Positions 44,483 to 52,933 of a stretch of DNA of 64,000 nt are shown in pieces. The position numbers and the translations under genes are program-made. A model generated the notes under the pieces. It worked only from the letters and a program-made list of their open reading frames with translations. It did not search any database and was not told the origin of the DNA. Source of the stretch: a virus; IMG/VR virus record IMGVR_UViG_3300002855_000001, positions 1 through 64,000 of that record; one strand, written 5' to 3'. The first letter of the stretch is position 1, and each line of letters begins with the position of its first letter.

Positions 44483-46135
44483 TTGGATGGCATAGAAAAT
44501 TTATCTGGTGGTATTTTTATTAAACCTAGAAACAAGATGACTGGTCGAATTAATATTATTGGTATCGGTAGCGAAACTATGGGTGGTTCAATACTTGTTA
44601 AAAAGTATGTTGAACTTCCATCTCAAATGATTGTTTACTCTGATGAAGTAATAATTAATCCATCATACCCTCCAGTCGTTGGGAATCAGCGTAAGGGAAA
44701 TATGACGATTCCTTATCGATTAGACATTTCTGGTAATATCAAAATACCACCAAAAAACAAAATGACGGGTACAGTGGAAGTCCTTGAGCCTCCTACGTAC
44801 TATTTAGAGATAGAATCAGAAAAAGATACATTCGTAAGAAGTCAGATACCAACTTTGAACTATGGTGACACTCAGAGTATGGTTGTTGGATACAGAGTTG
44901 CTGATAACGATGTATTTCGTTCACTGGTTAAGTTTGATACAGAGCAAATACCTGAAAATGCAGACATTAAATCAGTCAAACTTCGACTTTTCAATCGACA
45001 GAATAATGCAAGGACTCATCAAGTAGGTGTGTATTCCGTTTCTAGTGATTGGCTAGAGTATGGTACTACATGGATAAATCAACCTGCAATTAAAGATATA
45101 ATAACAATCGCAGATGTAGGTGAACTTGGTTACACAGATATAGATGTAACAAATATCGTAAAACGTTGGTATGACAAAAAAGAGGATAATTACGGTTTCC
45201 TTTTACGAGCGTTGAACGAGACAGTCAATCAAGATGAGCAGTTCTCTACTCGTGAAAATTCGGTAAATAAACCATTTTTAGATATTGAGTATAAACTGAA
45301 TATTATCTATAGCGTAGGCAGAAGTTCTCTCGAATCGAGTATTTTTGTATATGCTTATGGTAAGTCAGATTTAAAAGGATCGATAAACATTCCTCAATTT
45401 GACGCTGATAAGAATATGCCATCAAGTATTCACATAAGAAACCTTAATTGGATGTTAGAAGCTGATATTCTAATAAGCAAGCCTGATTTGCCTTCATCAA
45501 TTGTCATTAAAAGAACTGAAGAAAATGCTCTTGAAGCAAATCTCTCCGTAAGAGTTAAGGGTGGACATCTGCCTAGTGACAACTTGAACTCTAATATTGG
45601 CATTAGCAAACCTTGGCTAGATGCAAGTATGAATGTGCGTAGGCCAATCATCAGTGAATGGAGATCAATTGATGGAAACATTATTGTTAGCAAGCCTATT
45701 CTTACAGCAAGTCTAACTGTAAAGCGAAAAAATGATGACGATCTCAATTCAAGTATGACTGTTATGTTTAGCAAGGATTTGCAATCTGAAATGATTGTAA
45801 ATAAACCTATACTGTCAGGTTCGATGCTTGTTACATATTACGATGGACTAAATTCAAGTATCACAATTAAGAATACGAGCGATATAGAATCCAGTATCGT
45901 GATACCTTATAGAAAAGACCTCAATAGTAATTTAACTATTCTTAACGCAAGTAAATTAGAAGGCTCTATTCAAGTTCTTTCAGGTTTTCTGAGGGCAAGT
46001 ATCGTAGTCCCACATCATGGTGATTCAATCAAAATGGCTAACATGACTGTTAGAGTCGTGGGAATATCAGAATTAAATTCTAGTATTAATGTAGGTGGAG
46101 ACAATATTCTTGGTGGCTATGTATACTTATTCTAA
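44483..46135 (+). CDS. DNRLRE-type (CBM96-like) domain protein with repetitive C-terminus
   Basis: TLNYGDTQSMVVGY..FRSLVKFDTEQIPENADIKSVKLRLFN...VYSVSSDWLEYGTTWINQP matches the DNRLRE domain pattern. The C-terminal half has repeated S(I/M)xV...KP(I/D)L units. Confidence 0.6.
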   Translation: MDGIENLSGGIFIKPRNKMTGRINIIGIGSETMGGSILVKKYVELPSQMIVYSDEVIINPSYPPVVGNQRKGNMTIPYRLDISGNIKIPPKNKMTGTVEVLEPPTYYLEIESEKDTFVRSQIPTLNYGDTQSMVVGYRVADNDVFRSLVKFDTEQIPENADIKSVKLRLFNRQNNARTHQVGVYSVSSDWLEYGTTWINQPAIKDIITIADVGELGYTDIDVTNIVKRWYDKKEDNYGFLLRALNETVNQDEQFSTRENSVNKPFLDIEYKLNIIYSVGRSSLESSIFVYAYGKSDLKGSINIPQFDADKNMPSSIHIRNLNWMLEADILISKPDLPSSIVIKRTEENALEANLSVRVKGGHLPSDNLNSNIGISKPWLDASMNVRRPIISEWRSIDGNIIVSKPILTASLTVKRKNDDDLNSSMTVMFSKDLQSEMIVNKPILSGSMLVTYYDGLNSSITIKNTSDIESSIVIPYRKDLNSNLTILNASKLEGSIQVLSGFLRASIVVPHHGDSIKMANMTVRVVGISELNSSINVGGDNILGGYVYLF

Positions 46136-46136
46136 A

Positions 46137-46168
46137 GTGTTGTTCGATCTAATCGAGCAGCACTTTTT
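46137..46168 (+). terminator. intrinsic terminator before the lysis cassette
   Basis: GTGTTGTTCGAT/ATCGAGCAGCAC 12-bp stem (two G-U), loop CTA, then TTTTT. Confidence 0.6.
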
Positions 46169-46192
46169 ATTTTGTGAAGGAGGTGAATACAA

Positions 46193-46603
46193 ATGCCTTC
46201 TGATTTCAATCAATTTTGGGTAGTAGTAGTAGGTATCGTGGGATTAGCTGGAACAATCTATACACTGTACTCAAATATTCAGCGCAATAAAAAAGAAGAG
46301 ACTAAAGATGCTTTGTTGGATTCAAAGAAGATTATTATTCTTGAAAACAACGTAGATCACATAAGACGAAACACTGATGAATTGAGAGTAGAACATCGTG
46401 AACAAGGTAGACAACATAGTGAAAAATTCGATAAGTTCGCTGAGACTATTAACAAAAAACATGATGAACTATCTAAGGATTTATTGTCTCTTCGCTCTGA
46501 TTTTCAAACGCATGTAGAATTACAAGTTAAGCAAGACAAAATTTTTGACAAACGTATTTCCGATTTAGAAAGAAATAGAAACAACAATCAAACTCAAAAA
46601 TAA
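46193..46603 (+). CDS. membrane-anchored coiled-coil protein (possible lysis accessory, XhlA-like in composition)
   Basis: SD GGAGGTG. N-terminal TM helix FWVVVVGIVGLAGTIYTLY followed by a charged coiled coil. Immediately upstream of the holin. Confidence 0.35.
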   Translation: MPSDFNQFWVVVVGIVGLAGTIYTLYSNIQRNKKEETKDALLDSKKIIILENNVDHIRRNTDELRVEHREQGRQHSEKFDKFAETINKKHDELSKDLLSLRSDFQTHVELQVKQDKIFDKRISDLERNRNNNQTQK

Positions 46604-46617
46604 GGAGACGATGAAAC

Positions 46618-46899
46618 ATGGATTTCATTTTAAATAACGAGATATATTTATTCTTATCGCAATACATTGATGTAGGTATGACTGTGGTTATTCCAGTGCT
46701 TATCTTTATTGGCTACCTACTAAAGAACACGCCTAAAGTTCAAGACTGGATGATTCCTTATACTCTAATTGTACTTGGTATTGTAGCAGGTATTTCTATT
46801 CTTGGCACTGTGGCAACTGGTATCATCCAAGGTATTCTCGTAGCTGCTGTTGCTGTATTGGCTCACCAACTGTACAAGCAATGGAAAGATAAAAAATAA
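46618..46899 (+). CDS. holin
   Basis: 93 aa with hydrophobic segments (MTVVIPVLIFIGYLL, LIVLGIVAGISILG, GILVAAVAVLA) and a charged KQWKDKK tail, next to the endolysin. Confidence 0.75.
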   Translation: MDFILNNEIYLFLSQYIDVGMTVVIPVLIFIGYLLKNTPKVQDWMIPYTLIVLGIVAGISILGTVATGIIQGILVAAVAVLAHQLYKQWKDKK

Positions 46900-46914
46900 A
46901 GCATTGTAAATTAG

Positions 46915-46951
46915 ATGGCTGTCATTCATTTGAGTGATAGCCATTTTATTT
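46915..46951 (+). terminator. hairpin with weak T-tract between holin and endolysin (attenuator or partial terminator)
   Basis: ATGGCTGTCA/TGATAGCCAT stem (one G-U) followed by TTTTATTT. Confidence 0.35.
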
Positions 46952-46972
46952 CAAGGAAAGAAGTGAATAAAT

Positions 46973-47755
46973 TTGGCTTACACATATAGACAAGATCACA
47001 TCCCAAAATCAACACAATATAACCGTAGACCTGCATTGAAAATGAATGCAGAGTTTATTGTAATTCACAATACAGGCAATCCTACATCAACCGCTGCCAA
47101 TGAGTGTGCGTGGCTCACTAATCCAAGCAATAGTCGAACAGCGTCTTATCACATTGTAGTTGATGACAAAGAGGCTATCGAAGTTATCCCATTAAATGAG
47201 AATGCTTGGCATTCTGGCGATGGTTCTGGTGTTAATAGTGGAAATCGCAAGGGAATCGGAGTAGAAATTTGTGAGCGCAACTATGAAAAATCACTAGAAA
47301 ACGCTATTGAATTGGTCGCTAAGCTATTAAAAGAACGTAATTGGGGTATTGATCGATTGCGTCGTCATTATGACCAAAGTGGAAAATTGTGTCCACGCAA
47401 GATGAATACTGACGGTAAATGGACTGGTTGGTATGACTTCCTTAAAAAAGTTGAGTCAAAACTTAAGGAAAACACCGATAAGAAAGTAGATGTAATTGTT
47501 AACGGTAAACTGCTTTCCGTACAAGGTCTGTTAATTGATAATCTTACCCACGTTCCCCTTCGTGCCATTGGTGAAGCCATTGGTGCTAAGATTGGTTGGA
47601 ATCAAGCGACACACGATGCTAGTATAAATGGTCAAATTGTTGATGGTTTCGTTACTAGCGGCACAACATATGTTCCTTTGCGTGTACTAGGAAATACTAT
47701 TGGTGCTACAGTTAAATGGGATCAGAAAACATACACAGCTACTTTTAATACTTAA
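46973..47755 (+). CDS. endolysin: N-acetylmuramoyl-L-alanine amidase (Amidase_2/PGRP type) + two Cu-amine-oxidase-N-like wall-binding repeats
   Basis: FIVIHNTGNP..AN, SYHIVVDD, AWHSGDG and GIGVEICE are amidase_2 motifs. The C-terminus carries LTHVPLRAIGEAIGAKIGWNQ and TTYVPLRVLGNTIGATVKWDQ repeats. TTG start. Confidence 0.85.
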   Translation: MAYTYRQDHIPKSTQYNRRPALKMNAEFIVIHNTGNPTSTAANECAWLTNPSNSRTASYHIVVDDKEAIEVIPLNENAWHSGDGSGVNSGNRKGIGVEICERNYEKSLENAIELVAKLLKERNWGIDRLRRHYDQSGKLCPRKMNTDGKWTGWYDFLKKVESKLKENTDKKVDVIVNGKLLSVQGLLIDNLTHVPLRAIGEAIGAKIGWNQATHDASINGQIVDGFVTSGTTYVPLRVLGNTIGATVKWDQKTYTATFNT

Positions 47756-47760
47756 TTTTC

Positions 47761-47804
47761 ACACCCTAAACACTTAAATTTTATTGTGTTTAGGGTGTTT
47801 TTTT
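47761..47804 (+). terminator. strong terminator ending the plus-strand late region
   Basis: Perfect 13-bp stem ACACCCTAAACAC/GTGTTTAGGGTGT followed by a T run. Confidence 0.8.
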
Positions 47805-47904
47805 ACCCTTTTTTTCTCTAAAACGTCATCCTTGAACAATTCGTACTCCCCCTGTAAAACAGCCAATCAACCTCCCTCAAGGAAAATATTCATATTTCGT
47901 CTTG

Positions 47905-48252
47905 TCATCCTAGAGTCCAATAAGTTTGCTGGGTATCACTGAAATAACTTTTTGTTCCATCGGTATAATAAATAGTTAACTCATTCGTATCAGGATTGAA
48001 AGTGATCTGCTTAAGGTAGTTATTCATGTCCTGTTCCACGTGAAATGAATTATAAAGTTCTGGTCTATTTAGTTGAATATCCTTATGATCGTTAATTAAG
48101 CTAACAATAAGTCCTTCTTCTATCACTTTGCGAACGCATTTTCTGTGATTGTGGTAGGTAGAGCAAACATATTTAGGTTTATTTCTTTCTCGAATACCAC
48201 GAAAATTTCCGCCACAAGACAAACATTTAATCTTCTTGCTAAAAATATACAA
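47905..48252 (-). pseudogene. orphan C-terminal fragment of a large serine recombinase (zinc beta-ribbon region only)
   Basis: KIKCLSCGGNFRG....KYVCSTYHNHRKCVRKVIEEGL matches the recombinase zinc-ribbon domain. No resolvase catalytic domain lies upstream, because the rep-like gene stop is only 17 nt away. TTG start with SD AAGGATG. Confidence 0.55.
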
Positions 48253-48268
48253 TACAACACATCCTTTT

Positions 48269-49561
48269 TTAGAAAGGTAGTTCTGACTGAATATTTGGTG
48301 AGCTGCTATTGTTACCTAGCTTTATGGCTAATTCTTTATACTCTTCTATCATCAATGCTTGTTCACATTCCAACCTGTGTTTATTGAAAGTCAGTTCTTC
48401 ATAGTGTTCTGCAATGTACTTTGTTACGTTTTCATCTTGTTTGTTAGCTACTTGACTTAGTACTTGCTCCTTTAGTTCAGAATAGCCGATGTTGGAATTT
48501 ATTTTAGTAAATTGGTTTTCAAGCTTATATACAATCTCATTGCAGTATATACTTAATTGTAAGTCGCTGAACATGCCCTTGGTTGACTCCCTCTCATGGC
48601 CATCGTGCATTTTCGTATGCTTATGAGGGGGTAATAAAACATAAGTTTGATTGGAATTGAAGTCATATTCTAGGTCTATTTCAGGTGATTTTAACTCAGT
48701 TTCGACTAAAAATTCTTGTGAAATATGCTCATAAGCCATGTTTAAAGCAGTTTTATATGTGTATCCAGCCAACTGATCATCTTTCATCTTAAGATGTTTT
48801 TTAGATTTAATGATCTGAAAGCAAGTATTTTTTGCAATTATGTATAAAGAGTCTTTGGTGAGCATAGGATGTTTAACATACTTGAAAGCCTGAGATACTT
48901 TCACCCAAATAGTTTTCAATTTATTACCGAGTTCATTTAGAAACATTTTATTAATAACTTTTGGAACAAATTGAATGAAATTGGGGCGTTCTACTTTAGG
49001 ATGTATATCTTTAATTTCTTTAGGTAAATAATTAGGTAAGTTATAGGTAGAAGGAATATCGTCGCTCAAATTCCTTGCTACACAAAGCTTTTCACTGTTT
49101 TCAGGTTTCTCATCAAGGTTCTCATTATAATTCTCATCTGTCGTAAAATTGATAAACTCATTAAACCTTTGAAAGTATGGATGGCTTTTGAAAAAATAAA
49201 CAGCGCAACCTAGGCCATTATGCTTAACTGACTCAAAGTTTTTCTTAACAAGCACACCTTCATCAAGTAGCGTCTTGAGGAGTCTATATATAGTCTTTTC
49301 CGAAATTCCATGTTTTGCTGCTGTCTTGCTTGCTGAAGCATAGAAATAACCTTTTTCAGTTGAGAGAAAACATACAAAATCAAATGCTTTTTGTGTACCT
49401 TCTTTCATCCTGTACCATGAGCATCCAAATGTTTTTTTTATCTCATCCAATAAAGTGCCCTTGATTTGATTGAACTCTTTTCTTTTGGATTTAGTAATGT
49501 ATGCAGGTGTACTAATTATGTAATCTAATTGGTCTTGTGTTAACTTATTCGTACTTTTCAT
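48269..49561 (-). CDS. rep-like protein with winged-helix domain (putative replication initiator)
   Basis: ASKTAAKHGISEKTIYRLLKTLLDEGVLVKK is a wHTH motif. Large protein next to the ORF-free AT-rich region and the par genes. ATG 49561 (MKSTNKL) is preferred over the track TTG 49663. No clear SD. Confidence 0.4.
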   Translation of the reverse strand: MKSTNKLTQDQLDYIISTPAYITKSKRKEFNQIKGTLLDEIKKTFGCSWYRMKEGTQKAFDFVCFLSTEKGYFYASASKTAAKHGISEKTIYRLLKTLLDEGVLVKKNFESVKHNGLGCAVYFFKSHPYFQRFNEFINFTTDENYNENLDEKPENSEKLCVARNLSDDIPSTYNLPNYLPKEIKDIHPKVERPNFIQFVPKVINKMFLNELGNKLKTIWVKVSQAFKYVKHPMLTKDSLYIIAKNTCFQIIKSKKHLKMKDDQLAGYTYKTALNMAYEHISQEFLVETELKSPEIDLEYDFNSNQTYVLLPPHKHTKMHDGHERESTKGMFSDLQLSIYCNEIVYKLENQFTKINSNIGYSELKEQVLSQVANKQDENVTKYIAEHYEELTFNKHRLECEQALMIEEYKELAIKLGNNSSSPNIQSELPF

Positions 49562-49622
49562 GTTAAGTTGACAGAGTGAACAAATTACCAATTTTATATA
49601 TAACAAATAAGCCTTTCTATTC

Positions 49623-49651
49623 TTTACGAAAAAAAGGTTAAGTGTTACAAT
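49623..49651 (+). promoter_or_regulatory. candidate promoter for an antisense RNA
   Basis: -35 TTTACG (49623-49628), 17-nt spacer, TG-extended -10 TACAAT (49646-49651). It is on the strand opposite to all neighbouring genes. Confidence 0.45.
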
Positions 49652-49657
49652 AGAATC

Positions 49658-49784
49658 AATCAATAAAGTTTTTTCAATACTAAAGAGAGTGCGAATCTCA
49701 GTAGTATCTGTATCAATTCTATAAGTACTGGTTACTGGTAATTCTCTTAGATCCTCTTGCAGTGCGAATGCAAGGGGATTTTTT
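49658..49784 (+). ncRNA. candidate countertranscript antisense to the rep-gene leader (about 125 nt)
   Basis: No plus-strand gene lies nearby. The predicted RNA holds a GAGA/TCTC hairpin (49685-49699) and a CCTCTTGCA/TGCAAGGGG terminator hairpin (49753-49777, then A+T6). Both have the loop GTGCGAA. Confidence 0.4.
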
Positions 49785-49798
49785 CTGTCTTCCTCCTT

Positions 49799-50188
49799 TT
49801 ATAATAGTGATTTTAATGGTGTTTTCAATCTATTTGATTTGATCTGCTGAAGCTGTACAATGCGTATTTGTTTTTTGAATGGTGAAAAATCATAACCTAC
49901 ATTTTTCTTACCCTTCTTTATAACCTCTAAATAGTTTTTCTCACGCATGTCAGTTAATATCATATGGAGCTGCCTTTCTGATAGACCTATGATTTGACCT
50001 AACTCTTTTACTGATGGCATTACTCTTCCTTCTTTATTAATGGATTCAATTAAACTGAATACAGTCCATTCATTGGGCTTCATTCCAATAAGAAATGCTG
50101 TAGTTATAAATTGATATGGAACAGTAATTTGATCTGAGTCATTTTTCAGTTCAGATATTATTGAGTCTAAAGCAAATTCTGTAGCCAT
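49799..50188 (-). CDS. winged-helix DNA-binding protein (replication-organiser N-terminal-like)
   Basis: WTVFSLIESINKEGRVMPSVKELGQIIGLSERQLHMILTDMREKNYLEV is a wHTH motif. First gene of the minus-strand rep-like operon. Confidence 0.45.
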   Translation of the reverse strand: MATEFALDSIISELKNDSDQITVPYQFITTAFLIGMKPNEWTVFSLIESINKEGRVMPSVKELGQIIGLSERQLHMILTDMREKNYLEVIKKGKKNVGYDFSPFKKQIRIVQLQQIKSNRLKTPLKSLL

Positions 50189-51305
50189 TAAGTAATCATC
50201 CTCTCTAGCAGCTTTAATTTAATCCTATACGATTTTCTTTTCAAAGTAAACATATATGATGAATTTTTCTCTTTACTTGGCGATTTTTTTATAGTATAAT
50301 ATTCAAATTTTGCTTTGGTATACGTATGTAAAAAACTAATGCTAATAGTTTTAGTATTAGTTTTTTTGTTCGTTTAAGTAGGCCTTTTCAATGATCTAAT
50401 TGTGTATCTACTTAGAATCAACCGCTGAATTAATTATATGCTCTTAATCTTTAACGTAATCAATTCTTTAATCCATCTTATAAGCATATCTGCTTAAGAA
50501 AACCTTTCAAAAAAACTATTCCTATTAGTGCATGAACTTAATTCCGTATTCCATTAAATATTAGTATACAAATTTGATTAGAATTAAAACTATGTTTACA
50601 CATTCACTTCTAATTAAGTAATAGTAAACAGATATTACTATATAAATGTTTATCTATGTTTAAGCACTTCTAAAATGATAACTATATACACGTTCTAAAT
50701 TAACATTAAATGTGAACACACAATCAAAAATCTAAACTTCTATGTAATTATGGATGTTTGTAAAATGATAAAAGTAATTAAAGATGAATTACAAACTATA
50801 AACAAAATACATTACTATTATACAACGATAATTGATTACACAATTTGAATTGAAAAAGCTTAACTAATCATAAACATGTATATTTAAATAAATATATATA
50901 GATGTTAAAACAAAATTTGAATTTAAACTTGATACGAACATACAATTAATTTAGAGGTCGTAAACACAAACAAAATAAAACTAATAAGCGAATACGAAAT
51001 AACAATCAAATCACAACACTATTTCAAAACAGAAAACTAAAAAGATTTTTCAAACATATACAAAATCTGATCCACTTATAAGTATGTATCGAAATTGCAA
51101 AACGTTTTGATTGCTTGAAACAAAATTATAGATAGGTATAATTCAGAATACGTAATAAGTATCCAAAACTACTACATACACAAATATGTAATAGTGTACT
51201 ATTTTAATTATGTATACAAAAAAGTGTACTTTTTTATTGCATGATAAAATTATCATGTGTGGTTGACAAAGATTGGATATGCCTATAAGATAGTAGATAT
51301 ATATT
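50189..51305. other. 1.1-kb ORF-free, very AT-rich region; candidate plasmid-type origin and control region
   Basis: No ORF of 60 aa or more in any frame. The top strand is G-poor from about 50560 to 51060. Holds ATACGAA-type repeats (50932-50947, 50992-51007), the palindrome CAAAACGTTTTG (51098-51109) and AGTGTACT direct repeats (51193-51200, 51223-51230). Confidence 0.4.
51240..51291 (+). promoter_or_regulatory. parA promoter with adjacent palindromic operator
   Basis: CATGATAA-AA-TTATCATG (51240-51257), -35 TTGACA (51263-51268), -10 TATAAG/TAAGAT (51284-51291). Confidence 0.5.
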
Positions 51306-51326
51306 ATGTGTAGAGGGAGTGTTTTT

Positions 51327-52235
51327 GTGGCAATAACGATAACTGTAGGAATTCAGAAGGGCGGTTGTGGAAAAACGCTTACTTCTGGGATACTCGCACA
51401 CCTTCTCAGTCAACGTGGATACAAAGTTCTTGCTGTAGATATGGACTCACAAGGAAATTTAACTCAATTACTTACTGAGGTAGAAGATATATATGTTTTT
51501 CGTGGAAGAACAATTATGGATGCAGTAAAAAATGGATTATCTGAGGATCATATAGTGGTAGTAGACGATAATCTTCATATCATACCTTCCAATGATTTAC
51601 TAGCTTTGTATTCAAGCTATATTGCAACGGCTAAAGCAAAGAATAGTACCAATTTTGATTTTAACATGACATTGAGCTACGTTTTAGCCCCTGTTCAAGA
51701 TAGATATGATTTTATTATTATAGATACACCACCAGCTCTATCAGAACAAACATTGAACTCAATGGCTGCTAGTGATTATATTATCACAATGTTTGAAGCT
51801 AGTAACTTTTGTCTAGCAGCAATCCCAAGATATTTTGAAACTTACATCAGATTAAAAGAAAAGGTCAACCCAAATCTTAAGATGCTAGGTGTTGTTAGAA
51901 CTTTAATCGATGTTCGTAGAGTTGATAATAACATGTTGATCAACACTATTGATGAAATGATTGAAGGGGTTTGTTTTAGAAACATCATCAACAGAACAGC
52001 GGCAGTAGGAAGGATAGGTTTGAGAGGGTTTAAGAATAATGATGAACTAAAGAAAGCGCTAGAGCAGCACGAAGTACTTTTAGATGAAATACTAGGAAGA
52101 ATAGTTGAAGAAGATGATTACTTTGGAAAAATTGATAATACGATTGAGGATTACTTAGTGAAGGACTTTGAACGACTAGAGCAACTGGAGAAACAGATGA
52201 ACACAAGAGTGGAGGGAGAGGTTGTAGATGGCTAA
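51327..52235 (+). CDS. parA: ParA/Soj-family partition ATPase (short, type Ib-like)
   Basis: Deviant Walker A IQKGGCGKT, LAVDMDSQGNLT, Walker B FIIIDTPP. GTG 51327 lies 7 nt after the SD GAGGGAG (track start ATG 51306). Confidence 0.9.
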   Translation: MAITITVGIQKGGCGKTLTSGILAHLLSQRGYKVLAVDMDSQGNLTQLLTEVEDIYVFRGRTIMDAVKNGLSEDHIVVVDDNLHIIPSNDLLALYSSYIATAKAKNSTNFDFNMTLSYVLAPVQDRYDFIIIDTPPALSEQTLNSMAASDYIITMFEASNFCLAAIPRYFETYIRLKEKVNPNLKMLGVVRTLIDVRRVDNNMLINTIDEMIEGVCFRNIINRTAAVGRIGLRGFKNNDELKKALEQHEVLLDEILGRIVEEDDYFGKIDNTIEDYLVKDFERLEQLEKQMNTRVEGEVVDG

Positions 52236-52839
52236 GCCTAAAACACTGGAAGAAAAATTGGCCGAAAAACTTAAAAGTAGAGATGCTATAACCCCTCATA
52301 ATCGTCTCATAGATAATAGCAGGACAGAGCCAATAAATTCACAGCCTATAGTTTCCTCTGATGAAGAAATCATAGCCAATCAAACCAAAGGAACATCTTC
52401 GCCTGAATATATCGAAGAAAAAAAGAATCAACAGGCAGATGTTAAACTTAATGAAATTAAAAACAATAGTCCTGTTGAAACACATGTAAAGATTCAGAAC
52501 AATGGAGTAACAAAGGAGCAACCATCAGAAAGCGCAATAACGCCAGTTAATCAAGAATTAGTCACTGTTAAAAAAAGAAGAGTTCCGACAACTTTTAAGA
52601 AGGTTCAACCTAATAAATCAGATCGGTACACACCAAAAACTTTTAGAGTGGACGTAGAAGTTTTAGAAATGTTTGAAAAGTACATGGATATAAAACATGG
52701 CGACTATCAAAAGATTATTAATTTGTCGCTGATAAACGCTATGCTGAGCGATGAATTCATATCTCAAAGAATACTCGAACAAAGTGTGGAAGAATATAAT
52801 CGATTAATTGAGTTAGAAGAAGAATATCAGGAAATGTAG
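52228..52839 (+). CDS. centromere-binding partner, ParG-like (disordered N-terminus + C-terminal ribbon-helix-helix)
   Basis: The start overlaps the parA stop. The C-terminus KTFRVDVEVLEMFEKYMD...YQKIINLSLINAML fits a strand-helix-helix fold. Confidence 0.5.
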   Translation: MAKPKTLEEKLAEKLKSRDAITPHNRLIDNSRTEPINSQPIVSSDEEIIANQTKGTSSPEYIEEKKNQQADVKLNEIKNNSPVETHVKIQNNGVTKEQPSESAITPVNQELVTVKKRRVPTTFKKVQPNKSDRYTPKTFRVDVEVLEMFEKYMDIKHGDYQKIINLSLINAMLSDEFISQRILEQSVEEYNRLIELEEEYQEM

Positions 52840-52865
52840 AACTCTTTTATAAGAGTTCTTTTTTT
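52838..52865 (+). terminator. intrinsic terminator after the par operon
   Basis: AGAACTCTT/AAGAGTTCT 9-bp stem, loop TTAT, then a run of 6 T. Confidence 0.7.
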
Positions 52866-52866
52866 A

Positions 52867-52926
52867 TAGGTAAACCTAGTAAACTAGGTAAACCTACTGT
52901 ATAATATAGGTAATCTAGTAAACCTA
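52867..52926. repeat. centromere/operator-like repeat array
   Basis: Five TAG(G)TAA(A/T)C(C) units: TAGGTAAACCTAGTAAAC (52867-52884), TAGGTAAACC (52885-52894) and TAGGTAATCTAGTAAACC (52907-52924). A TATAAT at 52900-52905 lies between the blocks. Confidence 0.6.
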
Positions 52927-52933
52927 AAAGGAA

